This document shows positions 39,777-49,668 of a DNA stretch of 64,000 bases, piece after piece. The notes beneath the pieces were generated by a model. It was not told where the DNA came from, searched no databases, and worked only from the letters and a program-made list of their open reading frames with translations. A program made the translations under genes and the position numbers. The stretch is from Candidatus Poribacteria bacterium (lineage in GTDB: Bacteria; Poribacteria; WGA-4E; WGA-3G): positions 4,000,001-4,064,000 of the forward strand of contig OZ243938.1 in NCBI GenBank assembly GCA_965214095.1. The letters are read 5' to 3'. The number at the start of each line of letters is the position of its first letter. Position 1 is the first letter of the stretch.

Positions 39777-40349
39777 ATGAACACTTCAAAACTCGGTGAT
39801 TTCTTCTTTAAAATCCGCAGTTTCACTCCGATCCCGTTTATCATCGCACTTCTATATTTCACAAATCCCACTTGGATCAGTGTATCCATAAGTGTTCTAT
39901 TCATAGTAATAGGAGAATTAATCCGAATTTGGGCAGTCGGATATGCAGGAGGAACGACACGAGCCACAGCACTCGGTGCGGCACGAGATCTTGTCACAAC
40001 AGGTCCGTATAGTTATGTTCGCAACCCTCTCTATCTTGGAAACCTATTGCTCAGTCTCGGTATCACTATTTTTTCTAATGTGCTTTGGTTAATCCCTGTC
40101 TTAATTATAGGATATTTCATTCAATATCTTCCCATCATCTCAGTTGAAGAGAAATATTTACTTGATTCCTGTGGCAACGTTTATCAACAATATAAATCTC
40201 ATATTCCACGATTCCTCCCTCACTTCCGGTCCTATAACAATCAATCCCATCACGATTTTTCTTGGGCACGTGCCTTCAAGAGCGAAAGACGCACTTTGAC
40301 CGCAATAATCTGTGTCATCACTATGATTCTGGTCAGGGATTTGGTCTGA
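39777..40349 (+). CDS. Isoprenylcysteine carboxyl methyltransferase (ICMT) family membrane protein
   Basis: LVTTGPYSYVRNPLYLG, EE..L...Y..Y....PRF; ATG at 39777 preferred over TTG at 39750. Confidence 0.88.
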   Translation: MNTSKLGDFFFKIRSFTPIPFIIALLYFTNPTWISVSISVLFIVIGELIRIWAVGYAGGTTRATALGAARDLVTTGPYSYVRNPLYLGNLLLSLGITIFSNVLWLIPVLIIGYFIQYLPIISVEEKYLLDSCGNVYQQYKSHIPRFLPHFRSYNNQSHHDFSWARAFKSERRTLTAIICVITMILVRDLV

Positions 40350-40398
40350 GTTTGTTTCATCGTCCATCTACAGCGAAAATATTCAAGACATAAAATCC

Positions 40399-40428
40399 TT
40401 GACAATCTTATATGGTATTATATATAAT
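40399..40428 (+). promoter_or_regulatory. Sigma-70-like promoter of the tandem secreted proteins
   Basis: TTGACA-18 bp-TATAAT. Confidence 0.55.
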
Positions 40429-40611
40429 AATTTGAACTGATAATTGCCAAGACAATTATGGTAAAAAATAACCAACCTTATTTTCTAAATCGATCTTCCT
40501 ATAAGAAGTAAATTTGCAAGACAGGTTACTTGTCCAAGAACAGTAATACTTAACTACTTTTCCAGATACATTGTTTAATACAGAACTTCAATCAATAAGG
40601 AGGAATGTGAG

Positions 40612-41322
40612 ATGAATAATTTCGCTTTTTCAATTATGATCTTTTTTCTAATCGCAATCCTGTTCATTATGTCTGTTGACATCGCTTTTGCGCGAACGTT
40701 TAACAATGACTTTGAAACAGGAGACCTTACCGATTGGGAAAAAACGGGAACAGCGTTTGATTTCCAACCAACTTGGGGTGATAACCCAACTGCTCGTAAC
40801 AGAGGTCAACCCTCACAACACCAAGGCGATTGGTGGCTTGGTCTTGCTGAAAGATACCAAGGACCGGAAAAGGGCGCAGCACTCGGACAGAATCCAGGAG
40901 ATTTGGAACAGGACTCAAACGGCAACGTTGCTCCAGATGCACCCCAAGGCACATTAACCTCTATTGAGTTCACAATTGTCGGTGAATCTATGAATTTCCT
41001 AATGGGTGGAGGTAGCCGTGCTTGGGGAACTGCCGAACCTTGTTGTGTTAACCTTGTCATTAATGAAGAGGTCGTTAGAACAATGACCGGTAGTAACACA
41101 GAAAGTTTGACACGTAGAGAGTGGGATGTAGCTGACTTGAAAGGACAAATCGCTCAACTTGTCGTAGTAGATCAAAGCAGTGGTGGATGGGGTCATCCTA
41201 ATTTTGACGATGTACATCAAGCTGATGCAGGTGGAGATAATATTCCATGGGCACAGGTGACTGCCGTTGACGCACGTGGAAAGTTAGCCGTCAGCTGGGC
41301 ACAGATGAAAAAGTACTATTAG
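40612..41322 (+). CDS. Secreted carbohydrate-binding-module-like protein with conserved C-terminal tail
   Basis: Signal peptide AFA; NDFETGDLTDW, GTLTSIEFTI, NFLMGGG, WDV.DLKG, GGWGH resemble accessory modules of GH32 enzymes; tail AVDARGKLAVSWAQMKK. Confidence 0.75.
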   Translation: MNNFAFSIMIFFLIAILFIMSVDIAFARTFNNDFETGDLTDWEKTGTAFDFQPTWGDNPTARNRGQPSQHQGDWWLGLAERYQGPEKGAALGQNPGDLEQDSNGNVAPDAPQGTLTSIEFTIVGESMNFLMGGGSRAWGTAEPCCVNLVINEEVVRTMTGSNTESLTRREWDVADLKGQIAQLVVVDQSSGGWGHPNFDDVHQADAGGDNIPWAQVTAVDARGKLAVSWAQMKKYY

Positions 41323-41327
41323 ATAAA

Positions 41328-41361
41328 ATATTCGGTTCATGTTTCTTCATGAACTGAATAT
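41328..41361 (+). terminator. Hairpin between the tandem paralogs
   Basis: ATATTCGGTTCATG...CATGAACTGAATAT. Confidence 0.5.
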
Positions 41362-41396
41362 ATCATAACTATTCTAAACAGAAGGAGAAATGACTG

Positions 41397-42110
41397 ATGA
41401 ATAAATATGCTTTATCACTCCTGATTATCTGTTTTCTTGCAATCTTTGTCATTATGTCTGTTGACACTGCTTTTGCACGATCATTTAACAATGACTTTGA
41501 AACAGGAGACCTTACCGATTGGGAGGAGAAAACAGGAGATGCATTTGATTTTCAACCCACATGGGGAGATAACCCAACAGCACGAGACAGAGGACAACCC
41601 TCAAAACATCAAGGCGATTGGTGGCTTGGACTTGCAGAGAGATACCAAGGACCGGTTAAAGGCGCAGCACTTGGACAGGAACCAGGTGATATGCAACAGA
41701 ATGCTCAAGGTGGTGAAGCACCTGATTTCCCACAAGGCACTTTAACCTCTATTGAATTCACTATTGTCGGAGAAACTATGAACTTCCTTATGGGTGGTGG
41801 CAACCGTGCTTGGGACACTGCAGAACCTTGCTGTGTCAACCTCGTGAGTAATGGCGATGTCGTTAGAACCGTAACAGGAGATAACAACGAAACAATGACG
41901 CGCAAAGAGTGGGATGTTTCTGATCTAAAAGGTGATACAGTTCAACTTGTTGTTATAGATAATAGTAGCGGAGGTTGGGGGCACCCAAACTTTGACGATG
42001 TACATCAAGCCGATAGAGACGGAGATAATATACCATGGGATAGAGTGCTTGCTGTTGATGCTCGCGGAAAGTTAGCTGTCAGTTGGGCGCAGATGAAAAA
42101 GTATTACTAA
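41397..42110 (+). CDS. Tandem paralog of 40612..41322
   Basis: Highly similar throughout; identical tail AVDARGKLAVSWAQMKKYY. Confidence 0.78.
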   Translation: MNKYALSLLIICFLAIFVIMSVDTAFARSFNNDFETGDLTDWEEKTGDAFDFQPTWGDNPTARDRGQPSKHQGDWWLGLAERYQGPVKGAALGQEPGDMQQNAQGGEAPDFPQGTLTSIEFTIVGETMNFLMGGGNRAWDTAEPCCVNLVSNGDVVRTVTGDNNETMTRKEWDVSDLKGDTVQLVVIDNSSGGWGHPNFDDVHQADRDGDNIPWDRVLAVDARGKLAVSWAQMKKYY

Positions 42111-42129
42111 ACTGAACCGACACAGTAAC

Positions 42130-42157
42130 AGTAGGCGCGCTTTCTAAGCGCGCTTAC
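42130..42157. repeat. GTAG-type hairpin between convergent genes (REP-like, possibly a terminator)
   Basis: GTAGGCGCGC-TTTCTAA-GCGCGCTTAC. Confidence 0.55.
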
Positions 42158-42181
42158 ATCTCATAATTCAACACGCTTCCA

Positions 42182-43135
42182 TCATGGCGAGATTAATTCC
42201 AATCCCGCTCTTTCCCGAAACTTATTATATGTTTTCAATATCCCTTCTTCCATCGTATATGCAGGCGTAAATCCCATCTCATCAGCAATAGCAGATGCGT
42301 CATAGTCCCACGAAATACCGAATACACCCGGTTCCAATGTAATCTGAGCATCAGGCACCAAAGATTCCAAATATGCAACCCCCTCTTTGACAGGTCGGAT
42401 GCCCCCTTTAATATTGAAAACACGCGTCTTCGTCGTCGGGCATGTGCATGCCATGACAATTGAACTTGAAACATCCTCAACATATTGCCAATCCACAGAG
42501 TCGTCTCCAAATGGACATACGTGGGGTTTACCCATCGCAACGTCTTCAATCATCTTTGTCGTGAATGAACTCATACCCCGAGTCCTACCTACACCATAAA
42601 CAGCAGTAAACCGTAGTCCGATTGAATCAACACCGTAAGCATCAAAATAATGCATCGCATATCTCTCATTGAGAGACTTGCATGCACCATAGATAAACTT
42701 TGGGTAGTGCGGTGCATCGTTGAGTATCTGTTGGTGGTTGTAATCTTCAGGAGAACCGAACACCGCGACACTACTTGCCCACACAACACGTTTTATATCA
42801 AAAACACGTGCAGCTTCTAATATATTAATTGTGCCTTCGCAAACTATTTTCAATGCTTGGGGAGGATTCGCATTGCAAGCTGGCACTTGCCACGATGCGA
42901 GGTGAATTATACGATCAATCTCGTGTTCCTGCACTGTACGTAAGACATGTGGAAGGTCAGTTATGTCTCCTTGAACAAAAGTTAGACCTTCAATTTGCGC
43001 ATCTGTGAGTACCATTTTTGGAATGGTTAGGTCATAAGCAAAATCGTAAACGACCACTTTTTCACCAGCGGTTAAAAGATCCCGAATTACATAACTACCG
43101 ATGCAGCCCATACCACCGGTGAGTAGATATGCCAT
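42182..43135 (-). CDS. NAD-dependent epimerase/dehydratase
   Basis: TGGMGCIG, ASS, YGACK (YxxxK). Confidence 0.9.
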   Translation of the reverse strand: MAYLLTGGMGCIGSYVIRDLLTAGEKVVVYDFAYDLTIPKMVLTDAQIEGLTFVQGDITDLPHVLRTVQEHEIDRIIHLASWQVPACNANPPQALKIVCEGTINILEAARVFDIKRVVWASSVAVFGSPEDYNHQQILNDAPHYPKFIYGACKSLNERYAMHYFDAYGVDSIGLRFTAVYGVGRTRGMSSFTTKMIEDVAMGKPHVCPFGDDSVDWQYVEDVSSSIVMACTCPTTKTRVFNIKGGIRPVKEGVAYLESLVPDAQITLEPGVFGISWDYDASAIADEMGFTPAYTMEEGILKTYNKFRERAGLELISP

Positions 43136-43188
43136 ATAAAATACTCCATAATAATGTTGTGATATTGTTATCTATCTGAAATCATTTT

Positions 43189-43524
43189 TCACTCAGGTTT
43201 GTCCATATTCATCGGTTCATCCACATTCACGAGGATATCATCACCCTCAATTTTCACAGGATAGATGGGTAGTTTCTCCTCACCTGGCCAAACACATTCA
43301 CCTGTCTTAACATCAAACTCCCACATGTGCATCGGGCAGGTGACACAGTTCTTGTCAATGAAACCGTAAGTCAATATCCCGCCAAGATGTGGACAAATAT
43401 TGTTCATGGCGAAAAATTCACCTTCAACATTATAAATACCGACTAAAACACCTTCAACTTTGACACCGATACATCTACCGGGTTGTATCTGTTCAGTTGT
43501 CGCAGCTTTTACAAATTGTGACAT
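43189..43524 (-). CDS. Rieske [2Fe-2S] ferredoxin
   Basis: CPH...CPMH ligands. Confidence 0.93.
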   Translation of the reverse strand: MSQFVKAATTEQIQPGRCIGVKVEGVLVGIYNVEGEFFAMNNICPHLGGILTYGFIDKNCVTCPMHMWEFDVKTGECVWPGEEKLPIYPVKIEGDDILVNVDEPMNMDKPE

Positions 43525-43549
43525 ATCTGTTCATACTCCAATCGTTGTA

Positions 43550-43664
43550 ATACCAATTCTAATAATAAATTTCCTTTTTGAATTAGAATGTCCGAGGCGC
43601 AATGAATTGCGCGACTACGAACCATCTATATTTTGAAGGGTATGTTATTTTTTAGAAATGGTAT
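43550..43664 (-). mobile_element. MITE-like element family B with GTAG hairpin
   Basis: ATACCAATTCTA/TAGAAATGGTAT TIR; minus-strand GTAGTCGCGCAATTCATTGCGC at 43597-43618. Confidence 0.7.
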
Positions 43665-43722
43665 AATATATGAATCGAGATAAACGATTCTTTCCATCCT
43701 ATATTTTCAACACAGATAGACA

Positions 43723-45354
43723 TTATCGTGATATGACTTTACCCTCTCCGCGTGGATCAGTACCACCATCTTGACATATTCCTCCATCCCACAGACGAAT
43801 TGCATGACCTGGTCCACCAATACCACCGCTTGCTGAAATATCATGCCCAAGTTTTCTCAATCCTTCAAGCGTTTCTTCACCAGCACGAGATTCCACCTGA
43901 ATTGGTTCAGCACCATCACAGTGAAAACGCGGAGCATCTAACGCAGCTTGCGCGCTGACTTGCATGTCAATTAGACTAACGCTGATATTAAGTTGATTGT
44001 TCTGGATCGTACGACCGCCAGGTATACCATAAGTTGCAAAAGGCATTCCGTCCAATGTTGCAAGGCAAGGACCCATATTGTGGAGTGGACGTTTTCCAGG
44101 TCCAATAGAGTTTGCCAAACCGGGTCTCGGATCAAAACGACCCACACCGTGTCCAAATAGCAGACCAGTTCCAGGTACAGTTACCATTGAACCGAATCCA
44201 CCACCGTGTGTCTGCGTCAACGATACCATATTCCCTTCCGCATCAGCAGTAGAGATATGACTTGTGCAACTCATCGGCTCATAGTAGACTACTTCACCGG
44301 GTTGAGGTGTTTCAAGTCCTGACTTCAATTGTTTACTGAGTTTCGCTGTGAAACTATCAGACAACTCTTCATCTATATCAATATCAACGAAAGCAGGATC
44401 CCCAAAACGACGAAGCCTTTCAACCCAACATATTTTCATTGCTTCGGCAAAGAGGTGAAACCTTTCTGTGAGAGTCATTCCAGCAACGTCATATCCTTCC
44501 ACCAAACGAAGCATCTGCAAAGTGGTTAGTCCTCCTGCACCGAGTGGCGAGGTATAGACAGAATACTCACGGTACTGGATTTTGTAAGGATCTGTAATAA
44601 AGGGACGGTAATTCTTCAGGTCATGATATGTCAAACACCCACCTAATTCCTGAATATGGTTTGCGATTGTTTCTGCGATATGTCCTTCGTAAAATGCTTT
44701 GTGTCCACCTTCAGCAACTGCTTCCAAGGTCCTTGCAAGGTCAGGATTAGTGAGAACTTCACCTCTTTTAGGCGGGGTGCCATTTTTAAGGAACACACGT
44801 GCTGTTTCAGGAAACTCTCTCTTCCAACGTTCAGCATTTCCTGCAATCCCACCACGATTAGCACCATTGGGTGCGTATCCGTAACGAGCAGAATTGATAG
44901 CAGGACGTAACACATCAGAAAGTGGAAGACTGCCATACTCATTTGATGCTAAACAGAGACCTGCGACAACGCCTGGCACTCCAATAGATAGCGGTCCGTG
45001 AACATTTACACGTCCCGGAACACGGTATCCAGCAACTGCATCGGGGGCATCCTCAATTGTGAACATATCTTCGGAAGCGGAGGCAGGTGCAGCACTGTTG
45101 TAATCAATCGCTACAACATCTTGCGTTTTCTTACGATAGATAAGCATACAGCCGCCATAACCAGCAATACCGTTATGCGAAGGTTCAACAACTCCTTCAG
45201 CAAACGCAGCCGCCACAGCAGCATCAACTGCATTACCACCTGCAACCAGCATGTCAAATCCTGCTTTTGCAGTGCGAGGATGGGGACCGACGACAGTCCC
45301 ATATTTCCTTTTGTTTGAATTCACGCTGTATTCCTTTGTAAATGGATAATGCAA
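43723..45354 (-). CDS. ggt: Gamma-glutamyltransferase family protein
   Basis: GGNAVDAAVA, VPGVVAG, TSHIS (catalytic Thr), PGKRP, DPRG. Confidence 0.9.
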   Translation of the reverse strand: MHYPFTKEYSVNSNKRKYGTVVGPHPRTAKAGFDMLVAGGNAVDAAVAAAFAEGVVEPSHNGIAGYGGCMLIYRKKTQDVVAIDYNSAAPASASEDMFTIEDAPDAVAGYRVPGRVNVHGPLSIGVPGVVAGLCLASNEYGSLPLSDVLRPAINSARYGYAPNGANRGGIAGNAERWKREFPETARVFLKNGTPPKRGEVLTNPDLARTLEAVAEGGHKAFYEGHIAETIANHIQELGGCLTYHDLKNYRPFITDPYKIQYREYSVYTSPLGAGGLTTLQMLRLVEGYDVAGMTLTERFHLFAEAMKICWVERLRRFGDPAFVDIDIDEELSDSFTAKLSKQLKSGLETPQPGEVVYYEPMSCTSHISTADAEGNMVSLTQTHGGGFGSMVTVPGTGLLFGHGVGRFDPRPGLANSIGPGKRPLHNMGPCLATLDGMPFATYGIPGGRTIQNNQLNISVSLIDMQVSAQAALDAPRFHCDGAEPIQVESRAGEETLEGLRKLGHDISASGGIGGPGHAIRLWDGGICQDGGTDPRGEGKVISR

Positions 45355-45418
45355 GGTATTTTAAGGTGTTTTCATTGAATTGTCAAGTTTTTCTGGTATG
45401 GATAGTATAGGAATAGTG

Positions 45419-45447
45419 TTGACACATCAAGCATGCTCTTATAAAAT
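45419..45447 (+). promoter_or_regulatory. Sigma-70-like promoter
   Basis: TTGACA-17 bp-TAAAAT upstream of 45572. Confidence 0.5.
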
Positions 45448-45571
45448 TGAATGCGTATAAACCTTTGATTATAGTCCTTATTCACAAAATAATTCTACTG
45501 ATATTTAATCAGATATCGGGTGTCAGCAAACTAACTTATACCATCAGAAACAATAAACTGAGAGGAAAATA

Positions 45572-46822
45572 ATGGATTCAAATACACAACAGAATGAAGC
45601 TCAGAATGTTGAACAGGAAAAGAGAATCATCAACTTATGTACTCAAAACTTGAATACTATCGGAAAAGCGGTTCAGTTATATCTCAACGACAACGATGAT
45701 TACCCTGAGTGGTTATCCGATCTCCACCCCAATTATCTACAAGATGCAAGCAACCTGATCTGTCCTGCTGATAAAGAGAATGGACAGGTATTTCATTCAT
45801 TCAATGAAGATAAAAATAGATCTATCAGTTATGATTACCAGTTTCACCCAGAGTACCGAGAGGAAAAGTCTGAACAACGTTTGATTTACGGAGATGCTAT
45901 GCCACTGGTGCGTTGCAGACACCATAAAAATCAAGAGTTTACATGTCTTAACTTGAGTTTTGCTTTTGAAGTATTTACTTCATCTGGAAATTGGGAATAT
46001 ACGCCAGAGGACATGTATGGAAGTCCAGAAAAATCCATAGAAGCCTTGGAAGCAGGACTAAAGCACCAACCAAAAAACCATCTTGTCGCCGAGTTTGCAT
46101 ATACAACATTAGTCCATCTCTATATTGATGCTGGACGTATGGAGGATGCCAAGAAGTTTGTTAACCGCCTTAAAATGACAATGAATCAGGACAATCTAAA
46201 GACATGGTTTCTCCTTGGTGAATTACTTGAGATGACGAATCAACGTGAAGAGTGTCTGACTATTTTTGAACAACTTGAAGAACAATATCCAGAGGACCGG
46301 GATTTACTCAACAAACTTGCATATATCAACGACAAACTTGGAAATTCTGAAGCCGCTGCAGCCTATGATCGGAAATCCGATCCGAAATATGAACTGTGGG
46401 GTAAAGTTGTATCAGATTTTTCTACAATTGACCTTGATGGGAAACCAATTTCACTCCAGCAATATCGTGGGAAGGTTGTATTACTTGATTTTTGGGGTAT
46501 ATGGTGTGGATTCTGCAGTCACGAAATGCCTAATCTCAAAAAGGTCTATGACACCTACAAGGATCAAGGATTTGACATCATCGGAGTCAGTCTTGATGAT
46601 GAAGAAGCAGTACTACGAGAATATATAAAAGAGAACGACATCCAGTGGCGACAAATTTCCAGTGGCAAAAGGTGGGAAGAGGATCCGCTTGCGAAGCAAT
46701 TTGATATTACCGGTATTCCAACACAGTGGCTTATTGACAAAGATGGCACATTAATCTCGCACAAAGCAAGAGGAGAGGAGTTAAGGAGTTTAGTTAGAGA
46801 CGCACTCAAGAATGATTCATAA
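45572..46822 (+). CDS. TPR plus TlpA-like redoxin, with an N-terminal pseudopilin-body-like domain
   Basis: GKVVLLDFWGIWCGFC..EMP thioredoxin fold; TPR-like helices in the middle. Confidence 0.85.
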   Translation: MDSNTQQNEAQNVEQEKRIINLCTQNLNTIGKAVQLYLNDNDDYPEWLSDLHPNYLQDASNLICPADKENGQVFHSFNEDKNRSISYDYQFHPEYREEKSEQRLIYGDAMPLVRCRHHKNQEFTCLNLSFAFEVFTSSGNWEYTPEDMYGSPEKSIEALEAGLKHQPKNHLVAEFAYTTLVHLYIDAGRMEDAKKFVNRLKMTMNQDNLKTWFLLGELLEMTNQREECLTIFEQLEEQYPEDRDLLNKLAYINDKLGNSEAAAAYDRKSDPKYELWGKVVSDFSTIDLDGKPISLQQYRGKVVLLDFWGIWCGFCSHEMPNLKKVYDTYKDQGFDIIGVSLDDEEAVLREYIKENDIQWRQISSGKRWEEDPLAKQFDITGIPTQWLIDKDGTLISHKARGEELRSLVRDALKNDS

Positions 46823-46951
46823 AATTGAATAATTCCATAGTCAGGTGCGGCTACAACCCTTCCACACTTCACACATCCGATTTTGTTTGACATACAAAAG
46901 ATGAACGGGTAAAATGATAATAAAACAGAATCATAACATAAGGAAAGGAAG

Positions 46952-47755
46952 ATGCAAAAATTAACATTTCTATCTGTCATTCTGTGTTTTCTCCTTGTTA
47001 CTTCAGTGAATAGTGAATTTCTACCAGAGGATAACAGTGCCGATTTTGGGCTGAAATATGGAGAATCAATCACAGGCATACCTCCCAGTAAACCCAAAAT
47101 AGATGGTAAACTTGATGACTGGAGATATGCTGTCTGGGTTGCCTTTGACTCTGAAAAAGAACTACACCGTGGTAAAGGTTCGTGGAAAGGCAAAGATGAC
47201 CTGACAATGACATGGTCAACGATGTATGATGAAAATAATTTCTATTTTGCTGCTGCAGTAATGGATGATATCTTTGCTCCAGCTGCAAATGCTGCTGAAC
47301 CCTGGGGCGGTGATTCAATATTTTTGTATGTGGACTGGGAAAAACTAGGTGTCGGTGTCCCGGTCTTTAAACCCAATTTTGCACGTATCAACAATAAAGC
47401 ACTTGTTACAGACTTCAGTGCAGTTAAAAATCAGAATGTACCTAACTCAGACATCGCTATTACACCTACTCCAGAATTGGGAGAAGGTGGAATGATTTAC
47501 GAAGTAGCTATGCCGTTTGATTGGATTACCAAGGAAAACATTGAAGACGGATCCGAAATCGGGTTTACTCCTGGATATGAAGAGGGGACAGATAACCCCG
47601 AAAAAAGAGCTGATTTAGTCTTTATGTGTTGGAACGGTTTGAATCCTGACGATTCCGCGAATCTTGGAACATTGAAGTTTAGTGGGCCACTCGCTGTCAG
47701 TTCAAAAGGAAAATTAGCGATCACTTGGGGATATTTGAAGAATTCTGATAGATAA
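46952..47755 (+). CDS. Secreted CBM9-like/DOMON sugar-binding protein with conserved C-terminal tail
   Basis: Signal peptide; KIDGKLDDW, YDENNFYF, YEVAMPF; tail AVSSKGKLAITWGYLK. Confidence 0.8.
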   Translation: MQKLTFLSVILCFLLVTSVNSEFLPEDNSADFGLKYGESITGIPPSKPKIDGKLDDWRYAVWVAFDSEKELHRGKGSWKGKDDLTMTWSTMYDENNFYFAAAVMDDIFAPAANAAEPWGGDSIFLYVDWEKLGVGVPVFKPNFARINNKALVTDFSAVKNQNVPNSDIAITPTPELGEGGMIYEVAMPFDWITKENIEDGSEIGFTPGYEEGTDNPEKRADLVFMCWNGLNPDDSANLGTLKFSGPLAVSSKGKLAITWGYLKNSDR

Positions 47756-47819
47756 TAATCTACATGCTAAAAGTGATTGACAATGTTCGGTCGGGAATAT
47801 TAGACTATTCATATACCTT

Positions 47820-48713
47820 ATGCCAGAAAAAACAAACAAGCAAGAAGAACTTTTTATACAACTGCTTGAAAAGATAGACATTTTACTAACTCGTTTGGAA
47901 GCAAACACAAAAGACGCATCAAACGACTGTCTTGACAACTATATCGCATTTAAATGGCAAACGCAAAACGGAAACGGACACCTTGTGCCTGTTAAACACC
48001 CGCATCTTGTTGATAGTGCCGATTTAATCGGTATAAATTCGCAATATACCGTCTTAGATCAAAACACACGACAGTTTCTTCATGGTGTCCCCGCAAATCA
48101 TGCACTATTGTGGGGAGACAGGGGAACGGGAAAGTCATCACTCGTCAAAGCCATGTTGAAACAATATTCGGCACAAAGACTTCGTTTAATCGCTGTCGGA
48201 AAAGATGGACTTGCTCATCTACAAGAAATCGCAGAGCTGCTGTGGGACAGACCAGAACGGTTCCTCCTCTTCTGTGATGACCTTGCTTTTAGCGATCACG
48301 AGCCGGAATATCGCGAACTGAAAGCGATTTTAGAAGGTGGTATTTCTGAATGTCCAGATAACATCCTCATATATGCAACATCCAATCGTCGACACTTGAT
48401 GCCACGACAAGTAGCAGAAAATCAGTATCCACAGAATGAGGAAGATGAACTTTATCCACGGGAGGCAACAGAAGAAAAAGTATCACTCAGTGACCGTTTT
48501 GGATTGCGTATCGCCTTTTACAGAATTTCTCAGAATACATACTTACAGATTGTGTCCCATTATGCACAAAAATTGGGAATTGAGATACAGACCGATGAAT
48601 TACATCGTGCAGCATTGGAATGGGAAGCATCATCCAGTGGACGTTCGGGACGTGTGGCATATCAGTTCATTACAAATCTCGTAGGACAATTAACACTTAC
48701 CGGCGACTATTAG
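47820..48713 (+). CDS. DUF815 AAA+ ATPase
   Basis: GDRGTGKSS, FCDDLAF, YATSNRRHL, EEKVSLSDRFG, RSGR. Confidence 0.92.
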   Translation: MPEKTNKQEELFIQLLEKIDILLTRLEANTKDASNDCLDNYIAFKWQTQNGNGHLVPVKHPHLVDSADLIGINSQYTVLDQNTRQFLHGVPANHALLWGDRGTGKSSLVKAMLKQYSAQRLRLIAVGKDGLAHLQEIAELLWDRPERFLLFCDDLAFSDHEPEYRELKAILEGGISECPDNILIYATSNRRHLMPRQVAENQYPQNEEDELYPREATEEKVSLSDRFGLRIAFYRISQNTYLQIVSHYAQKLGIEIQTDELHRAALEWEASSSGRSGRVAYQFITNLVGQLTLTGDY

Positions 48714-48763
48714 GTGAAAGACCACTTACAGTTTCAATTATTTGTATATAGGAAGTTAAATTC

Positions 48764-49540
48764 ATGAATGACACACTGACACAACAATACCTATTTGATG
48801 TACAAGGTTATTTAGTCATTGAGGATGTTTTGAATTCAGATGAGGTAGCTGAACTCAATCAACGCATTGACGAACAGGAATTGCCTCCACCGGGAAAAGC
48901 ACAAAGATTTGGCAGTGCACCAGACGGTTCCGGATTCTTACAGTGGGGTAAATCGTTCTGTAACCTACTTGATCAGCCAAAGATAATGGAAATACTCCGT
49001 TTTCGTTTGGGAGACTGCTTTCGTCTTGACCGTATCTACGGTATGTATATGAAAGACGGAATGTCAAGAGGTGGTTTGCACGCCGATTATGGGGCTTCAT
49101 CTCCTACCTCAAAGGCAAAACACGGAGAATATTTCCCATTTAGAGATAACGAGATACACAACGGTTTTGTCGTAGTAACATGGAATTTAGCCGACACAGG
49201 ACCTGACTATGGTGGATTCTGCTGCATTCCGGGCAGCCACAAAAGCAACTATAGACTGCCACACGAAATAGCAGCTGCCCCTGAAAAAGCACCATGTGTA
49301 ATTATCCCAAACGCTCCTGCTGGATCTGCGATTATGTTTTCTGAAGCTCTAACACACGGAACAGCTGCATGGAACGGTAAACACCAGCGGCGTTCACTTT
49401 TATACAAATATTGTGTCTCGCACATGGCATGGACATCACGTCGTGTAGCACCACCGCAGGATATCGAATTAACTGAACGGCAAAAGATACTTTTTCGTGA
49501 ACCTGCTGACCCACATCGTCACTTTCCATCTCTCTTTTGA
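48764..49540 (+). CDS. Phytanoyl-CoA dioxygenase (PhyH) family 2OG-Fe(II) oxygenase
   Basis: FDVQGYLV, IPGSHK, EALTHG, RRSL. Confidence 0.88.
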   Translation: MNDTLTQQYLFDVQGYLVIEDVLNSDEVAELNQRIDEQELPPPGKAQRFGSAPDGSGFLQWGKSFCNLLDQPKIMEILRFRLGDCFRLDRIYGMYMKDGMSRGGLHADYGASSPTSKAKHGEYFPFRDNEIHNGFVVVTWNLADTGPDYGGFCCIPGSHKSNYRLPHEIAAAPEKAPCVIIPNAPAGSAIMFSEALTHGTAAWNGKHQRRSLLYKYCVSHMAWTSRRVAPPQDIELTERQKILFREPADPHRHFPSLF

Positions 49541-49631
49541 TGTCTATCGTTAGGTTAGAAACCGCACTAAAGTATTGGAAACCACTACTACAATTGAGAA
49601 ACGTGAAAGTTGATTAGTGTTGGAGAAGTAT

Positions 49632-49661
49632 TTGACAGTCTTCATATTACTAAGGTATAAT
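49632..49661 (+). promoter_or_regulatory. Sigma-70 promoter placed to give a leaderless mRNA
   Basis: TTGACA-18 bp-TATAAT; ATG 7 nt downstream and no RBS. Confidence 0.6.
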
Positions 49662-49668
49662 ACGGTGT

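Noticed and set aside
46564-47193. 209-aa minus-strand ORF and the other short antisense or overlapping ORFs in the track
   Set aside because: They overlap well-supported genes, lack motifs and read as shadow frames.
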